Shown: positions 33,461 to 44,832 of the stretch, in pieces
How the letters are laid out: every line of letters begins with the position of its first letter
Numbering within the stretch: the first letter of the stretch is position 1
Assembly: GCA_964629815.1 (NCBI GenBank)
Contig: CAZVTA010000002.1
Coordinates: 194,096 to 258,095 of the forward strand
Length of the DNA stretch: 64,000 nucleotides
Reading direction: 5' to 3'
Source of the DNA: an uncultured Candidatus Saccharibacteria bacterium
Lineage (GTDB): Bacteria; Patescibacteriota; Saccharimonadia; Saccharimonadales; AWTP1-31
The notes under the pieces: model-generated
Told to the model about the DNA's origin: nothing
Databases searched by the model: none
Seen by the model: the letters and a program-made list of their open reading frames with translations, nothing else
Made by a program: the position numbers and the translations under genes

Positions 33461-33772
33461 TTACCAGCTGCGCTGACGGAATGAACCGCCGCCGTTGTTG
33501 CCGCCAAAGTCACGTCGTGGACGATCTTCTTTTGGTCGAGCTTCGTTGACAGTGATGGAACGACCACCAAGGTCAGAGTTGTTTAGAGCTTTTTCAGCTG
33601 CTTTACCTTCGTCGTCGTTTTCGAACTCTACGAAACCAAAGCCTTTGCTTCGGCCGGTTTCGCGGTCTTTAACAACTACTGCAGAAGCAACAGTGCCATG
33701 GGCACTAAAAATTTCTGAGAGCTCTTCATCGGTAGTTGCGAAAGGCAAGCCACCTACAAATAGTTTGTACAT
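33461..33772 (-). CDS. RRM-type RNA-binding protein with Gly/Arg-rich tail
   Basis: RNP-2 KLFVGGLPF, RNP-1 KGFGFVEF, and a C-terminal RRDFGGNNGGGSFRQR. Confidence 0.9.
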   Translation of the reverse strand: MYKLFVGGLPFATTDEELSEIFSAHGTVASAVVVKDRETGRSKGFGFVEFENDDEGKAAEKALNNSDLGGRSITVNEARPKEDRPRRDFGGNNGGGSFRQRSW

Positions 33773-33948
33773 TTAGGAAAATCCTTTTGTTTAGTTATCA
33801 GGTACGACCTTGCTTATAACCTTGTCGAACGGGGTGATTGTACCTGTAACCAGAACTTTCAACCAAACTTGCGAACTAAGAACTATAAGAACCTGTGCGC
33901 TTATTAAAGCACGAAACAGAGGCAAAACAAAATTAATTAGAAATTATA

Positions 33949-33976
33949 TTGACAAATACGCAAACTTGTGTATAAT
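33949..33976 (+). promoter_or_regulatory. sigma70-type promoter: TTGACA, 16 nt, TATAAT
   Basis: TTGACA at 33949-33954 and TATAAT at 33971-33976, in a 420-nt gene-free region upstream of a 26-codon ORF. Confidence 0.6.
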
Positions 33977-34048
33977 AATAATTAGTTTTGAATTACGTAA
34001 AACAAAACAAACACAGCATCAAAACAACAAAAGAGGGTACACAAAAAA

Positions 34049-34129
34049 ATGACTAACTTAAAAATCTCATACGAATTACTGCCGACTAACAATAGTCAAA
34101 TAAGTGAATTCGATGATATCCTAGCCTAA
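34049..34129 (+). CDS. candidate 26-aa peptide gene (MTNLKISYELLPTNNSQISEFDDILA)
   Basis: SD AGAGGG lies 10 nt upstream. A consensus promoter sits about 70 nt upstream and a strong terminator 20 nt downstream. Hand-translated. Confidence 0.4.
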   Translation: MTNLKISYELLPTNNSQISEFDDILA

Positions 34130-34150
34130 TACATAGGATTTTTACCAAAA

Positions 34151-34182
34151 AGAACTCTCCTGGGAAACCGGAGAGTTCTTTT
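34151..34182. terminator. strong bidirectional terminator
   Basis: Perfect 10-bp stem agaactctcc/ggagagttct with an inner GC pair and a GAAA loop. T-run follows on the plus strand and an A-run precedes it, so it serves the minus-strand gene ending at 34193. Confidence 0.8.
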
Positions 34183-34192
34183 ATGTATCAGA

Positions 34193-34867
34193 TTAAAACA
34201 GTACGCGGGCAGCAAATACGATAGAATGACGCGAAGTGTCGGTGCGCGGGTTCCAAAAACGATGATACATGGCTTGTGACGAAACGCGGTGTGCGCCCGG
34301 CCCACGCATACCAACGATAGCAGCAGGAAAGTGGGCCACAGATGACTGCCGCGTGTTGCGAGCCCATGGCCAAAAGCGACGGCTTGGCGCTATTTCGGCA
34401 GCAAATTCGTTGGGCATAATGCCCACGACAACATCAATGCCGCCATCGGTATGCCACGGCGACCCGCTACACTGAGGGTAAGTTTTATTAAAAGCTACCG
34501 ATGTTGCGAGGCATTTTTCTCCCAAGTTTCGTAGCTGCGGATAGATTCGCTCGAGCGCGTACATGCCGGTAGCAAGTAGGGCTGCTTGTTCTTCGCTAAC
34601 TACTGCCATCGCCTTTTTGTAGCTCGAATCTTTGTCGCTCATAAAAAAATGTGCATGGGGGTGGTTGTTTGAGCTTTCGATACGAATTGCCTCGGCTGCA
34701 TCTACGGCTTCAGTGGTTGCTGCAGTGATAGTATCCGAAAAAGTTGCAGGAACAATAACCACACCATTGCGATGGGCGCGCAAAGCTACTGTGCTCATAA
34801 TTTCGCCGAGTACTTCGTACGAGTTTATGTGTTGTTCGGGGGTGGTTTCGATGAGGTTGGGTTTCAT
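34193..34867 (-). CDS. hypothetical protein, possibly an Fe(II)/2-oxoglutarate dioxygenase-like fold
   Basis: 224-aa ORF. WHTDGG (HxD), a later GAHRVS His and RHSIVF Arg are reminiscent of the TauD/PhyH facial triad. Weak call. Confidence 0.45.
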   Translation of the reverse strand: MKPNLIETTPEQHINSYEVLGEIMSTVALRAHRNGVVIVPATFSDTITAATTEAVDAAEAIRIESSNNHPHAHFFMSDKDSSYKKAMAVVSEEQAALLATGMYALERIYPQLRNLGEKCLATSVAFNKTYPQCSGSPWHTDGGIDVVVGIMPNEFAAEIAPSRRFWPWARNTRQSSVAHFPAAIVGMRGPGAHRVSSQAMYHRFWNPRTDTSRHSIVFAARVLF

Positions 34868-34901
34868 AATAATAAACCCCAGCCCTAGCTGAGGTATAAG
34901 T

Positions 34902-34978
34902 TGGTGCCGGTGAGTGGACTTGAACCACTGACCCCAGGCTTATGAGTCCTGTGCTCTAACCAGCTGAGCTACACCGGC
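34902..34978 (-). tRNA. elongator tRNA-Met (CAT)
   Basis: Manual cloverleaf: GCCGGTG-TA-GCTC-AGCTGGTTA-GAGC-A-CAGGA-CTCATAA-GCCTG-GGGTC-AGTGG-TTCAAGT-CCACT-CACCGGC-A-CCA. It resembles E. coli metT as I recall it. Confidence 0.85.
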
Positions 34979-35094
34979 ACGTCATTGTGTATGGGACCGA
35001 GGTTGAGCAGAGTGAAATATAGCACATTTAATCTGTTTTGACTAGGTTATAACAGATTATTGTCAAAAATAGCGTAGAGGGGTAAGGTAGCTAT

Positions 35095-35841
35095 GTGCGA
35101 GTAGAGAACAAATACGAATTTTTTGGCGCGCCATTGCCTACCTTACAAGATTTGCGAATGCTTGATTTGTGGATTCCAAATATGTCACCAGACCATATGC
35201 TCACTTCTGTTGGGCGCTGGGCTGTACGGATAGCACGTCAGGATACATATATTGTGGACGCAATTCAGCATGACAAGCGAGTTGCAGTGTTAACTAACGA
35301 TTGTGGGATATATTTAGGAGAACAAAGAGAATTTTTCGAGCATGGTATTGATATCGGGTATGATTTACTTATAGACATATTCTCTAAAGTTCGATACGAA
35401 CGCCAAGGTTTTCAGAGCTTGGATAACTTTGTTGCGAGCCCGGATGCACAGGTTGTTGGGTCGGCATATGCCTTGCGTGCTATAACGCGTGCGCGGCGAG
35501 GCCACATAGCACCGTACTTTCCCCGAAACAGTGACGGCCAAGAAGCATACGAAGTTTTGTATGCAAAGGCAGGCGATGTAGCCGTTGCTTATAACGAGCG
35601 TGGGGGTAATGTATTTAATTGTTATAGAGACATTGTTGTTGATGCTATTCAAAAGAGTGACACTTATAGCGCGCGTAATCGGGGCAGTGTTGTGAACGGT
35701 CTGATGTGTGGGTTTGACCATGCAAAATCTATGTATTTAGAGGGGTATATTGCAAGAAGTACAGAACAGCTTGATCAAGAGCTGATTGGATACGTTCGTA
35801 CAGGTTTTGACGATGATGATCCGATACGCGGTTTTTTGTAG
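35095..35841 (+). CDS. hypothetical cytoplasmic protein
   Basis: 248-aa ORF with a GTG start after SD-like GAGGGGTAAGGTAG. No motif recognised. Confidence 0.55.
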   Translation: MRVENKYEFFGAPLPTLQDLRMLDLWIPNMSPDHMLTSVGRWAVRIARQDTYIVDAIQHDKRVAVLTNDCGIYLGEQREFFEHGIDIGYDLLIDIFSKVRYERQGFQSLDNFVASPDAQVVGSAYALRAITRARRGHIAPYFPRNSDGQEAYEVLYAKAGDVAVAYNERGGNVFNCYRDIVVDAIQKSDTYSARNRGSVVNGLMCGFDHAKSMYLEGYIARSTEQLDQELIGYVRTGFDDDDPIRGFL

Positions 35842-35904
35842 TTAGGTTAAATCGATGAAAATATATTCACTAGATTTATTCTAAAAAAGGCGTATGCTCC
35901 AGAT

Positions 35905-36324
35905 ATGGAGCAATCCAGAGATATGATTCAGGGTGGGTTATATGTAGTGCAGAGTCGTGGTGGTGCACCGGTGGCTCTGTGTGCTAATGCTTGCAGCGGC
36001 GAATTTTATACGCTTGTCTCCGATGATGTACCTGCTTTTCGGCGAGAGGAATTTCATAACGGCCTGAAACTTGAGTCAGATTATGTAGCGACCGATAATA
36101 CCGGAACCATTACAATCCTTGGCCATATTGGTACTTTGCTGGCAGGTATCACCATAGAAAAGCGTTCAGAGAGTGTGATCGCCGAATTGCTTCGTGCGAA
36201 TGCGTGCCATGCAGCATCGGACGTAGAGCGGGCGTTTTACAGTGGCGTACTTAAAGGGGTGCAAGAAGGTACCGTTGCTATTGAACCGGGTTACGTGCGA
36301 TTACCTCAGTTAAGCAAGGTATGA
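35905..36324 (+). CDS. hypothetical cytoplasmic protein
   Basis: 139-aa ORF. TATGCT at 35893-35898 lies 6 nt before the ATG. Confidence 0.55.
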   Translation: MEQSRDMIQGGLYVVQSRGGAPVALCANACSGEFYTLVSDDVPAFRREEFHNGLKLESDYVATDNTGTITILGHIGTLLAGITIEKRSESVIAELLRANACHAASDVERAFYSGVLKGVQEGTVAIEPGYVRLPQLSKV

Positions 36325-36339
36325 AAATAGTACCGGGTA

Positions 36340-37377
36340 GTGTATGCTATCCGAGTGAAATTATCTGACTACACCTATGAACTACCTGAAGATCGCATAG
36401 CAGTGCGGCCGCCAAAAGTGCGTGGCTCGACAAAACTACTCGTGCTAAATCGCACCACTGGCCAGATTGTCGACAGTGCCTATGCTCGGCTTGATGAATT
36501 TTTAAAATCAGGCGACCTTCTTGTTATAAACAATACCTTTGTGTTGCCGGCACGTTTACTGGCAAAAACAGCCGAGGGTAACGACCGCGAGCTTTTGTTG
36601 CTCGAACAGCACGGTAACCGTTCGCACCATAAAACGGCAAAAGTTATGTATCGGGGCAAAATTCGCGCCAATCAAACCTTGTATGTAGAAGATGTGCCCG
36701 TACGTGTTATGGAAGTATTTGATGACGGCACGGCGCTCGTAGAGGCTGATGTGGATATGTGGCAGCTTGCAGAACAGTACGGCGAGGTTCCGTTGCCACC
36801 GTACATGCGCCGCGCGGCGGATGCTGCCGATAAAGAACGCTACCAAACCGTATTTGCATCTCAAAAGGGTTCGGTAGCTGCACCAACAGCCAGTCTTAAC
36901 CTCACGCCCGAACTGCTGGATCGTATACGGTCGAAGGGCGTGTCGACTGCAGAGGTTACGTTACATGTGGGGCTCGGTACGTTTATGCCCATACGAACAG
37001 ACGACATTACGCAACACAAAATGCACGAAGAGTACTTTGAAATTCCAAATGCCACCATACAGGCTATACGCCAAACCAAACAACGTGGTGGGCGCGTAAT
37101 TGCGGTCGGCACCACCGTAACACGAACGCTAGAGTTTGCTGCCGATAGGCTCGATACGAACAAAACGGTAACGGGCGAGGCTAATATTTTTATCTATCCG
37201 GGGTATTCATTTAAGGTCGTAGATGCCATGCTTACGAACTTTCATGCGCCAGAATCTACGGTGTTGATGATGGCGGCCGCATTTGCGGGCTGGGATAATC
37301 TCAAAGCTGCCTACAAGCATGCGCTAGAGTCTGACTACCAGTTCTTGAGCTATGGCGACAGTATGTTTATACAATAG
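36340..37377 (+). CDS. queA: S-adenosylmethionine:tRNA ribosyltransferase-isomerase
   Basis: LSDYTYELPEDRIAVRP, GEVPLPPYM, YQTVFA, GSVAAPTASLN and TNFHAPESTVLMM are QueA motifs. Confidence 0.9.
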   Translation: MYAIRVKLSDYTYELPEDRIAVRPPKVRGSTKLLVLNRTTGQIVDSAYARLDEFLKSGDLLVINNTFVLPARLLAKTAEGNDRELLLLEQHGNRSHHKTAKVMYRGKIRANQTLYVEDVPVRVMEVFDDGTALVEADVDMWQLAEQYGEVPLPPYMRRAADAADKERYQTVFASQKGSVAAPTASLNLTPELLDRIRSKGVSTAEVTLHVGLGTFMPIRTDDITQHKMHEEYFEIPNATIQAIRQTKQRGGRVIAVGTTVTRTLEFAADRLDTNKTVTGEANIFIYPGYSFKVVDAMLTNFHAPESTVLMMAAAFAGWDNLKAAYKHALESDYQFLSYGDSMFIQ

Positions 37378-37429
37378 AGGTATGGTATACTTGCGCTATA
37401 ACATAATTATTTGCTAGTAACTATTTTGC

Positions 37430-39125
<1,696 letters not shown>

Positions 39126-39146
39126 TTTGCGCGCACTATACCGCAT

Positions 39147-39839
39147 ATGCTATACTTAAATTCTAGTATGCCTAGTACTAGCAACCAAGATCCATTTAAC
39201 CACCCACGAGGTGGTCTTTTTTTAGAAAAAGAACATCCACTGACTGAGCTTGATGGCATGATCCAAAACATGTCATGGAAGTTTTTCGATGCGTACCATG
39301 ACCTGCTGCCGGAGCATCATGGGTTAATATGGCAGGGTCAACATAGTTGGCTGGGCGGTGTGGGCCAGTGTACCTTGTATTTTACCGCACAAGATCATGT
39401 AGCAAACTGGGATGCGCGTACCGATGGCAATGGGAGTCCTCGAGCTTTTCATGGTACTAGTATTTTTGGCTGGCAGATGATCCAGGCTAGCGAAGTTGGG
39501 CGTCGCGTGCTGTCTGTTACCACACGCGATCCTTGGTATATTTCTGCGCGCCGAACGCAGTATGACGCTGCGGGGAGCATAAGAGTATCGGAACTCCCCG
39601 GCGAAGACGAAGTGCACGATATGTATAAAAATATACAAGGAATTCTTAATGACCCTAATTTTGCATTCACCGTAAAACAGTTGAGGCAAAGGCGGTCGCA
39701 AGCGATAACGCAGTTATGCGATCTTTTACTGCATCAGCACGAGCACAGCGCGCGTGAATTTATGCTGAATCGCAAGAAACAAGAAGAGTTAATTGCAAAA
39801 GCGGCATTTTGCGCTTTAGCGCCCAGTGTTCTTTCCTGA
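39147..39839 (+). CDS. hypothetical cytoplasmic protein
   Basis: 230-aa ORF with no motif recognised. Its 3' end overlaps the convergent HAD gene by 24 nt. Confidence 0.5.
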   Translation: MLYLNSSMPSTSNQDPFNHPRGGLFLEKEHPLTELDGMIQNMSWKFFDAYHDLLPEHHGLIWQGQHSWLGGVGQCTLYFTAQDHVANWDARTDGNGSPRAFHGTSIFGWQMIQASEVGRRVLSVTTRDPWYISARRTQYDAAGSIRVSELPGEDEVHDMYKNIQGILNDPNFAFTVKQLRQRRSQAITQLCDLLLHQHEHSAREFMLNRKKQEELIAKAAFCALAPSVLS

Positions 39840-40397
39840 GAGAAACGAACGCGCTTTTTGTAGCGTGCGACGTTCGCGTCTGCGCGTCAGCAAAATACGA
39901 TCATACCAATAATCTTTACCCTTAGGACGGAGCAAGATCGTGTATATGCCGCTTACGTTGCCACCATATACGTCCGAATGAAGTTTATCGCCAATCATGA
40001 CGCACTCGGTTGGTTTGGCGTGGAGTGTTTTTAATACACGCGCATAGAAACGAGCGCTTGGTTTCCGAACGAGCCAATAGTTGTGCCAAAACGGCTGGAA
40101 TGCTTGCGCGCCAAGTGGCTCGGTGTATCGGCGAAGGTTAGTCATGTTATTGGTTACGAGTGATATCGATGCAAAGCCGTAGCTTTTTTTGGCGTGTATT
40201 AGATGTGCTGCAAATGCGGTATCGAGTGTAAAACTAAACTTTTTTCGTAAAGTAAGATCAACATCAAGCAAGATGTGTTTTATGCCAAGCTTCTTGAGCT
40301 CTGCAAAATCGACATCGAGTAAATTGGTTGCACGAAAGTCGGGTATATTGAGTGTTAATTTCTTGGGTTTGGCGAGTTGGATGGCGTCGGCAATCAT
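39816..40397 (-). CDS. HAD-superfamily phosphatase (YqeG-like, subfamily IIIA)
   Basis: Motif I ILLDVDLTL, VTNN, and MIGDKLHSDVYGGNVSGIYTILLRP. Confidence 0.7.
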   Translation of the reverse strand: MIADAIQLAKPKKLTLNIPDFRATNLLDVDFAELKKLGIKHILLDVDLTLRKKFSFTLDTAFAAHLIHAKKSYGFASISLVTNNMTNLRRYTEPLGAQAFQPFWHNYWLVRKPSARFYARVLKTLHAKPTECVMIGDKLHSDVYGGNVSGIYTILLRPKGKDYWYDRILLTRRRERRTLQKARSFLSGKNTGR

Positions 40398-40418
40398 GCT
40401 GTGTATGTAGTGTAGCGT

Positions 40419-41105
40419 TTAGGCATGCTCGACGGCAATGCTCGATTGCACAACCAGGTCTTGTACAAAAGTTAGGCAGTTGGTAAAAGTTTCTGTTTTT
40501 GAGCCGGATGCGTTAATTGTAGTGCCGTTTGCACGGGCGTACTCAAGGCACATACTTATATTTGATCGATAAAGATCGTCTGAGTTTCCCCACATTTCGT
40601 ACTCTGCTTCCCTAAAAGCTTTTCTGCGTGCGTCTGTTCCGCGCGTAGTCGCTTGGTGCTTCTCGTCGTCATCGTCAAGCATAAATCGCTGTTCACGGGT
40701 TACTGTATCGCATTCAAGACCCAAGACAATACCACCTAGCTCTTGAACAATGAAAAGAGCGTCACTTTGATGCCGTACGCTGTCTATGACATGGATGCCT
40801 TCAGCAGATTGTAGTTGATGTAATTGCTCCATGATCTTTCTATCTTGTCCGCGTAGTCGCGCAAGGTAGTGAAACTCGCGCATGGTTCGCTGGATATCTT
40901 CTCCTGGGCTAAGTTCGAGCCCGGCAAAGCGAAGAATGCTGCGCATGGGGTGGGTCTGTATTTTGCGATATTTTTCTTGTAGTCTCGGATATTCTTCGAG
41001 CGGGGGTGCGTGCAGCATGCGGCCAAGGGCTGTTTTGCCGCTTCCGGGACCACCGGTTAGGGCTACGAACAGTGTGTCGGGTAGGGTTCGCTCTGGTGTT
41101 GACAT
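40419..41105 (-). CDS. P-loop NTPase/kinase-like protein
   Basis: Walker A LTGGPGSGKTALGRML near the N-terminus. Start placed at ATG 41105 (MSTPER), downstream of TGcTATAGT. Confidence 0.55.
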   Translation of the reverse strand: MSTPERTLPDTLFVALTGGPGSGKTALGRMLHAPPLEEYPRLQEKYRKIQTHPMRSILRFAGLELSPGEDIQRTMREFHYLARLRGQDRKIMEQLHQLQSAEGIHVIDSVRHQSDALFIVQELGGIVLGLECDTVTREQRFMLDDDDEKHQATTRGTDARRKAFREAEYEMWGNSDDLYRSNISMCLEYARANGTTINASGSKTETFTNCLTFVQDLVVQSSIAVEHA

Positions 41106-41190
41106 AGTGATTGTACTATAGCACTCGAGGGAAAGGACGTGTAGGGTTTTCCTTGAAAAAACAACACAACAGTTTATAATATCGCCCATT

Positions 41191-41934
41191 ATGGACGAGC
41201 GCGACGAAATAGAGTCAGAACGCTATAGGCAACGTCAGTTCGACGCTGAGTTTTGGCGCGTTGTAGATGCTGAACCTTCGCCAGAAGATGAAGCAGCTGT
41301 GCCCTTGTCCACTGAGATGCGTAATTTCACGACTAAAGTACGTCGTGAGACCATGCTTCAACGCATGCGGAATATAAGATATGCAGTCAGACATCCATAT
41401 GGCGGGGTTCTTGCAGATATGTTACGTGAAAGCCGGTCGGCGCGAATTATGTGCGTATGTTTAGCACTAGGTGCTACAGGAACAGTATTCATGGTAATGA
41501 ATGCTGTATCGACTAATGAACTACAAAGTGGCTCAGATGGGGTTGAGCAGGATACAGCCAGCACTCCATATGTTCCCATGCTTACCGATGAGATGGTGCT
41601 GGAGCGCGAAGCAGCGTTTAGCGGAGATTCACCAAAGCACCTTTATGAACGAACCTATACGCGAACGTTTACCGATGAAAGTGGCCCGTCGTTTCGCTAT
41701 GGGCAAACATGCTTGAGTGAGACGCCGTACGACACCTCTAAACAGATGGCCGGTGATGCAGCGGGTGTTGTGTACGACTTTGAAAACAATCGGGTTCGTA
41801 TTGTGCCTAAGAACGGGCGTCTTCCTGAGCTTCAGTTTATTCATGCAGATGACACCTCTCGTTTAGTTGAGCCATATGACAGCACTACACGTGCTCAGCT
41901 CGAAGCCTATGGCTGTGACGACCCACAAAGGTAG
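41191..41934 (+). CDS. hypothetical single-pass membrane protein
   Basis: 247-aa ORF. TATAAT at 41175-41180 lies 10 nt before the ATG. TM helix IMCVCLALGATGTVFMVM. Confidence 0.55.
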   Translation: MDERDEIESERYRQRQFDAEFWRVVDAEPSPEDEAAVPLSTEMRNFTTKVRRETMLQRMRNIRYAVRHPYGGVLADMLRESRSARIMCVCLALGATGTVFMVMNAVSTNELQSGSDGVEQDTASTPYVPMLTDEMVLEREAAFSGDSPKHLYERTYTRTFTDESGPSFRYGQTCLSETPYDTSKQMAGDAAGVVYDFENNRVRIVPKNGRLPELQFIHADDTSRLVEPYDSTTRAQLEAYGCDDPQR

Positions 41935-41967
41935 AGGCTCCTGCGATAACTGCGATACAATTATTGC

Positions 41968-42867
41968 ATGGACATAATGCTTGAGCCTGGCGTATACATA
42001 GTCGCGGTATCTGGTGGTGTTGATTCAATGAGTTTGCTTCACATGCTCGCTACCGTGTATGCAGATAAAAAAGATGTTTCGTTTGTTGTTGCACACTATG
42101 ACCACGGTATTCGAGCCGATTCTGACACCGACCGAAAACACGTTGCACAAGTGGCAAAAACGTATGGACTACCTTTTGTTTATGAAGCTGGTTCACTCGG
42201 CGAAGCGGCAAGCGAACAAGTTGCGCGTCATGCCCGTTATGACTTTTTGCGGCGCGTGCAGGCGGCTGCTCAGGCGAGGGCAATAATCACCGCTCATCAT
42301 CAAGACGATCTGCTCGAAACCGCTGTCTTGAACGTGTTGCGTGGCACTGCACGAAAAGGAATTAGTTCTCTGCAAGACCGTCCGGAATTACGGCGTCCGT
42401 TACTTGGAGTTAGTAAAGCTGACATATATAACTACGCCAAAGAACAGGGTTTAGCTTGGCGCGAAGATGCTACTAATGCCGACACTAAAATTGCACGCAA
42501 TTATCTACGTCACCGTGTGCTCGCCCGGCTGAATGCCGATCAGAAAAAACAACTCTTGAGCCATGTAACACATATTACGATGCTAAACAGGCTTATCGAC
42601 GAAGAACTCATGCGGTATCTGCACGTGCAGCCGTCTCGGCAGACGCTTGATAGACATCAATTTATTATGTTGCCGCACATAGTCGCACGTGAGGTTATGG
42701 CTGCATGGCTTCGAAGTCATGGTATCCGTGAATTCGATAAACGTATGCTTGAAAAGCTGGTGATTGCAGCAAAAACATTGCAGCCAGGTAAAGTAACCGA
42801 CGTGAATCGTCTGGCGTACATGCATGTCGGCAATGAGGTTCTGGCACTCATTATCAGAGACCGCTAG
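41968..42867 (+). CDS. tilS: tRNA(Ile)-lysidine synthetase (short form)
   Basis: PP-loop VAVSGGVDSMSLLH, then HYDHGIR and TAHHQDDLLET. Confidence 0.85.
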   Translation: MDIMLEPGVYIVAVSGGVDSMSLLHMLATVYADKKDVSFVVAHYDHGIRADSDTDRKHVAQVAKTYGLPFVYEAGSLGEAASEQVARHARYDFLRRVQAAAQARAIITAHHQDDLLETAVLNVLRGTARKGISSLQDRPELRRPLLGVSKADIYNYAKEQGLAWREDATNADTKIARNYLRHRVLARLNADQKKQLLSHVTHITMLNRLIDEELMRYLHVQPSRQTLDRHQFIMLPHIVAREVMAAWLRSHGIREFDKRMLEKLVIAAKTLQPGKVTDVNRLAYMHVGNEVLALIIRDR

Positions 42868-42902
42868 TATTTCGTCTTTTTCCCCTGTATAATGTGCCGT
42901 AC

Positions 42903-44774
42903 ATGGACAAGAAACCTTTTAGAAGAAAACAGCAATCAGTGGGTAATACTAATAAGAAAACATTTAAGAATGCAGGCTTTTTTGCGCTCCTCGTGCTTAT
43001 CGGTCTTGTAGTTGTAGCGGCAATGGGCACGCCATCTACCTTAAAAGATGTGGCATATTCAGACGTTATTAGACGCGCAAACGCGGGCGAGATTCGCAAA
43101 ATTGTCATCAAGGGCGATAGTCTTGAAATTACTAAAAAAGGCGAAGATAAGCCAACCGAGAAGTCGCGCAAGGAAACCGGCTCGAGCATTTACGAGCAAG
43201 GGCTATCCAACAGAGATGTTGAGGTATCGGTAGACAAGCCGTCAGATAGTGGTGACTTCTGGCTGAGTATTGCGGGCACGGTCATTCCACTCGTATTATT
43301 TAGCGCCATATTCATTATTATGATTCGCAATGCGCAGGGTCAGGGCAACCAAGCGATGAGCTTTGGTAAGAGTCGCGCGCGATTGTATGGTAACGAAAAA
43401 GACAAGGTTACGTTCAAAGATATTGCTGGAAGCGAAGAGGCAAAGATAGACTTGCAAGAAATCGTTGAATTTCTAAAGTTTCCGAAGAAATTTGAGTCAG
43501 TCGGTGCCAAAATCCCTAAAGGCGTGTTGCTTGTAGGTCCTCCAGGAACGGGTAAGACCATGCTTGCACGAGCAGTTGCAGGCGAAGCGAACGCACCATT
43601 CTTTAGCATTTCTGGTTCTGAATTTGTTGAAATGTTTGTTGGTGTTGGTGCTTCACGTGTGCGAGATCTGTTTGCAAAAGCCAAGAAAAATTCGCCATGC
43701 ATTATCTTTATCGACGAAATCGATGCAGTAGGCCGCAAACGTGGTAGCGGTATGGGTGGCGGCCACGATGAGCGTGAGCAAACACTGAACCAGATTCTTG
43801 TCGAGATGGATGGTTTTGAACAGGGTACAAATGTAATTGTACTGGCGGCAACCAACCGTGCCGATGTTCTCGATAGTGCTTTGCAGCGTCCTGGTCGTTT
43901 TGACCGACGCGTCAACATCGACCTGCCAGATCGCAAAGATCGCGAAGCTATTCTTAAGATTCATTTCGATAAAAAGCCACTCGGTAAAGATGTTAACCTA
44001 GATGCTCTGGCTGCCAAAACGGCTGGTTCGTCTGGAGCGGATCTTGCGAACATTGCAAACGAAGCAGCCATAATTGCGGCACGTCATAATCGAAAAGAAA
44101 TCACCAACCACGATGTGACGTCGGCCTTTGAAAAAGTTGCCATTGGTCCAGAGCGCAAGAGTCGCATTATGAGCGACAGAGAAAAAGAAATTACTGCTTA
44201 CCACGAAGCTGGCCATGCTGTTGTCGGTCATACGCTGCCCGAGAGTGACATGGTTCATAAAGTTACAATTATCCCGCGTGGTGGCACGGGGGGTGTTACA
44301 TGGTTCTTACCGCCAGAGGATAAGAGTTACCATAGTATTGTAGAATTTAAGGGTATTCTTGCTCGTGCATTAGGTGGCCGTATTGCTGAAGAAGTTGTGT
44401 ATGGTCGTGACCAAGTAACAACAGGTGCTGGTAATGATCTGCAAAAAGCTGCCGAAATTGCCCGAGACATGATTGTGCATCAGGGTATGGGTACAAAATT
44501 GCGCGACCAAGTATTTCAGGTCGACGAGGGTATGATGCTTGATCGGCTTGTGCATGAGCGAACGTATTCTGACGATACGGCAAAGCTTATTGACGAAGAA
44601 GTTGAAGCGCTGATTACCGAAGCGGCAACACGTGCCCGCGAAGTAATCAAGGCAAACAAACCTGCACTTGATGCGTTGAAGGATGCCCTGCTTGCCAAAG
44701 AGACACTCGAGGCGGAAGAGGTTCTTGAAATCTTGAAAGATTGCAAGATGCCAAAAGCGGCTGCAATAATCTAA
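42903..44774 (+). CDS. ftsH: ATP-dependent zinc metalloprotease FtsH
   Basis: Two TM helices, Walker A GPPGTGKT, Walker [32 protein letters not shown], and zinc site HEAGHAV. Start placed at ATG 42903, after TATAAT (42888-42893). Confidence 0.95.
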   Translation: MDKKPFRRKQQSVGNTNKKTFKNAGFFALLVLIGLVVVAAMGTPSTLKDVAYSDVIRRANAGEIRKIVIKGDSLEITKKGEDKPTEKSRKETGSSIYEQGLSNRDVEVSVDKPSDSGDFWLSIAGTVIPLVLFSAIFIIMIRNAQGQGNQAMSFGKSRARLYGNEKDKVTFKDIAGSEEAKIDLQEIVEFLKFPKKFESVGAKIPKGVLLVGPPGTGKTMLARAVAGEANAPFFSISGSEFVEMFVGVGASRVRDLFAKAKKNSPCIIFIDEIDAVGRKRGSGMGGGHDEREQTLNQILVEMDGFEQGTNVIVLAATNRADVLDSALQRPGRFDRRVNIDLPDRKDREAILKIHFDKKPLGKDVNLDALAAKTAGSSGADLANIANEAAIIAARHNRKEITNHDVTSAFEKVAIGPERKSRIMSDREKEITAYHEAGHAVVGHTLPESDMVHKVTIIPRGGTGGVTWFLPPEDKSYHSIVEFKGILARALGGRIAEEVVYGRDQVTTGAGNDLQKAAEIARDMIVHQGMGTKLRDQVFQVDEGMMLDRLVHERTYSDDTAKLIDEEVEALITEAATRAREVIKANKPALDALKDALLAKETLEAEEVLEILKDCKMPKAAAII

Positions 44775-44832
44775 AACTTTTCAAAAAACAACGTTGTAGT
44801 TGTATGCAGTAACTCACTATAATAGGGTGAGA

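Noticed and set aside
43340-43936. Long antisense ORFs opposite well-supported genes. Examples are the 198-aa ORF opposite ftsH, 610-1308 opposite the first gene, 54778-55206 opposite the kinase, and 62100-62675.
   Set aside because: They lie entirely within genes that have strong motif support on the other strand. They have low-complexity Ser/Arg/Pro-rich translations and no start-site signals.
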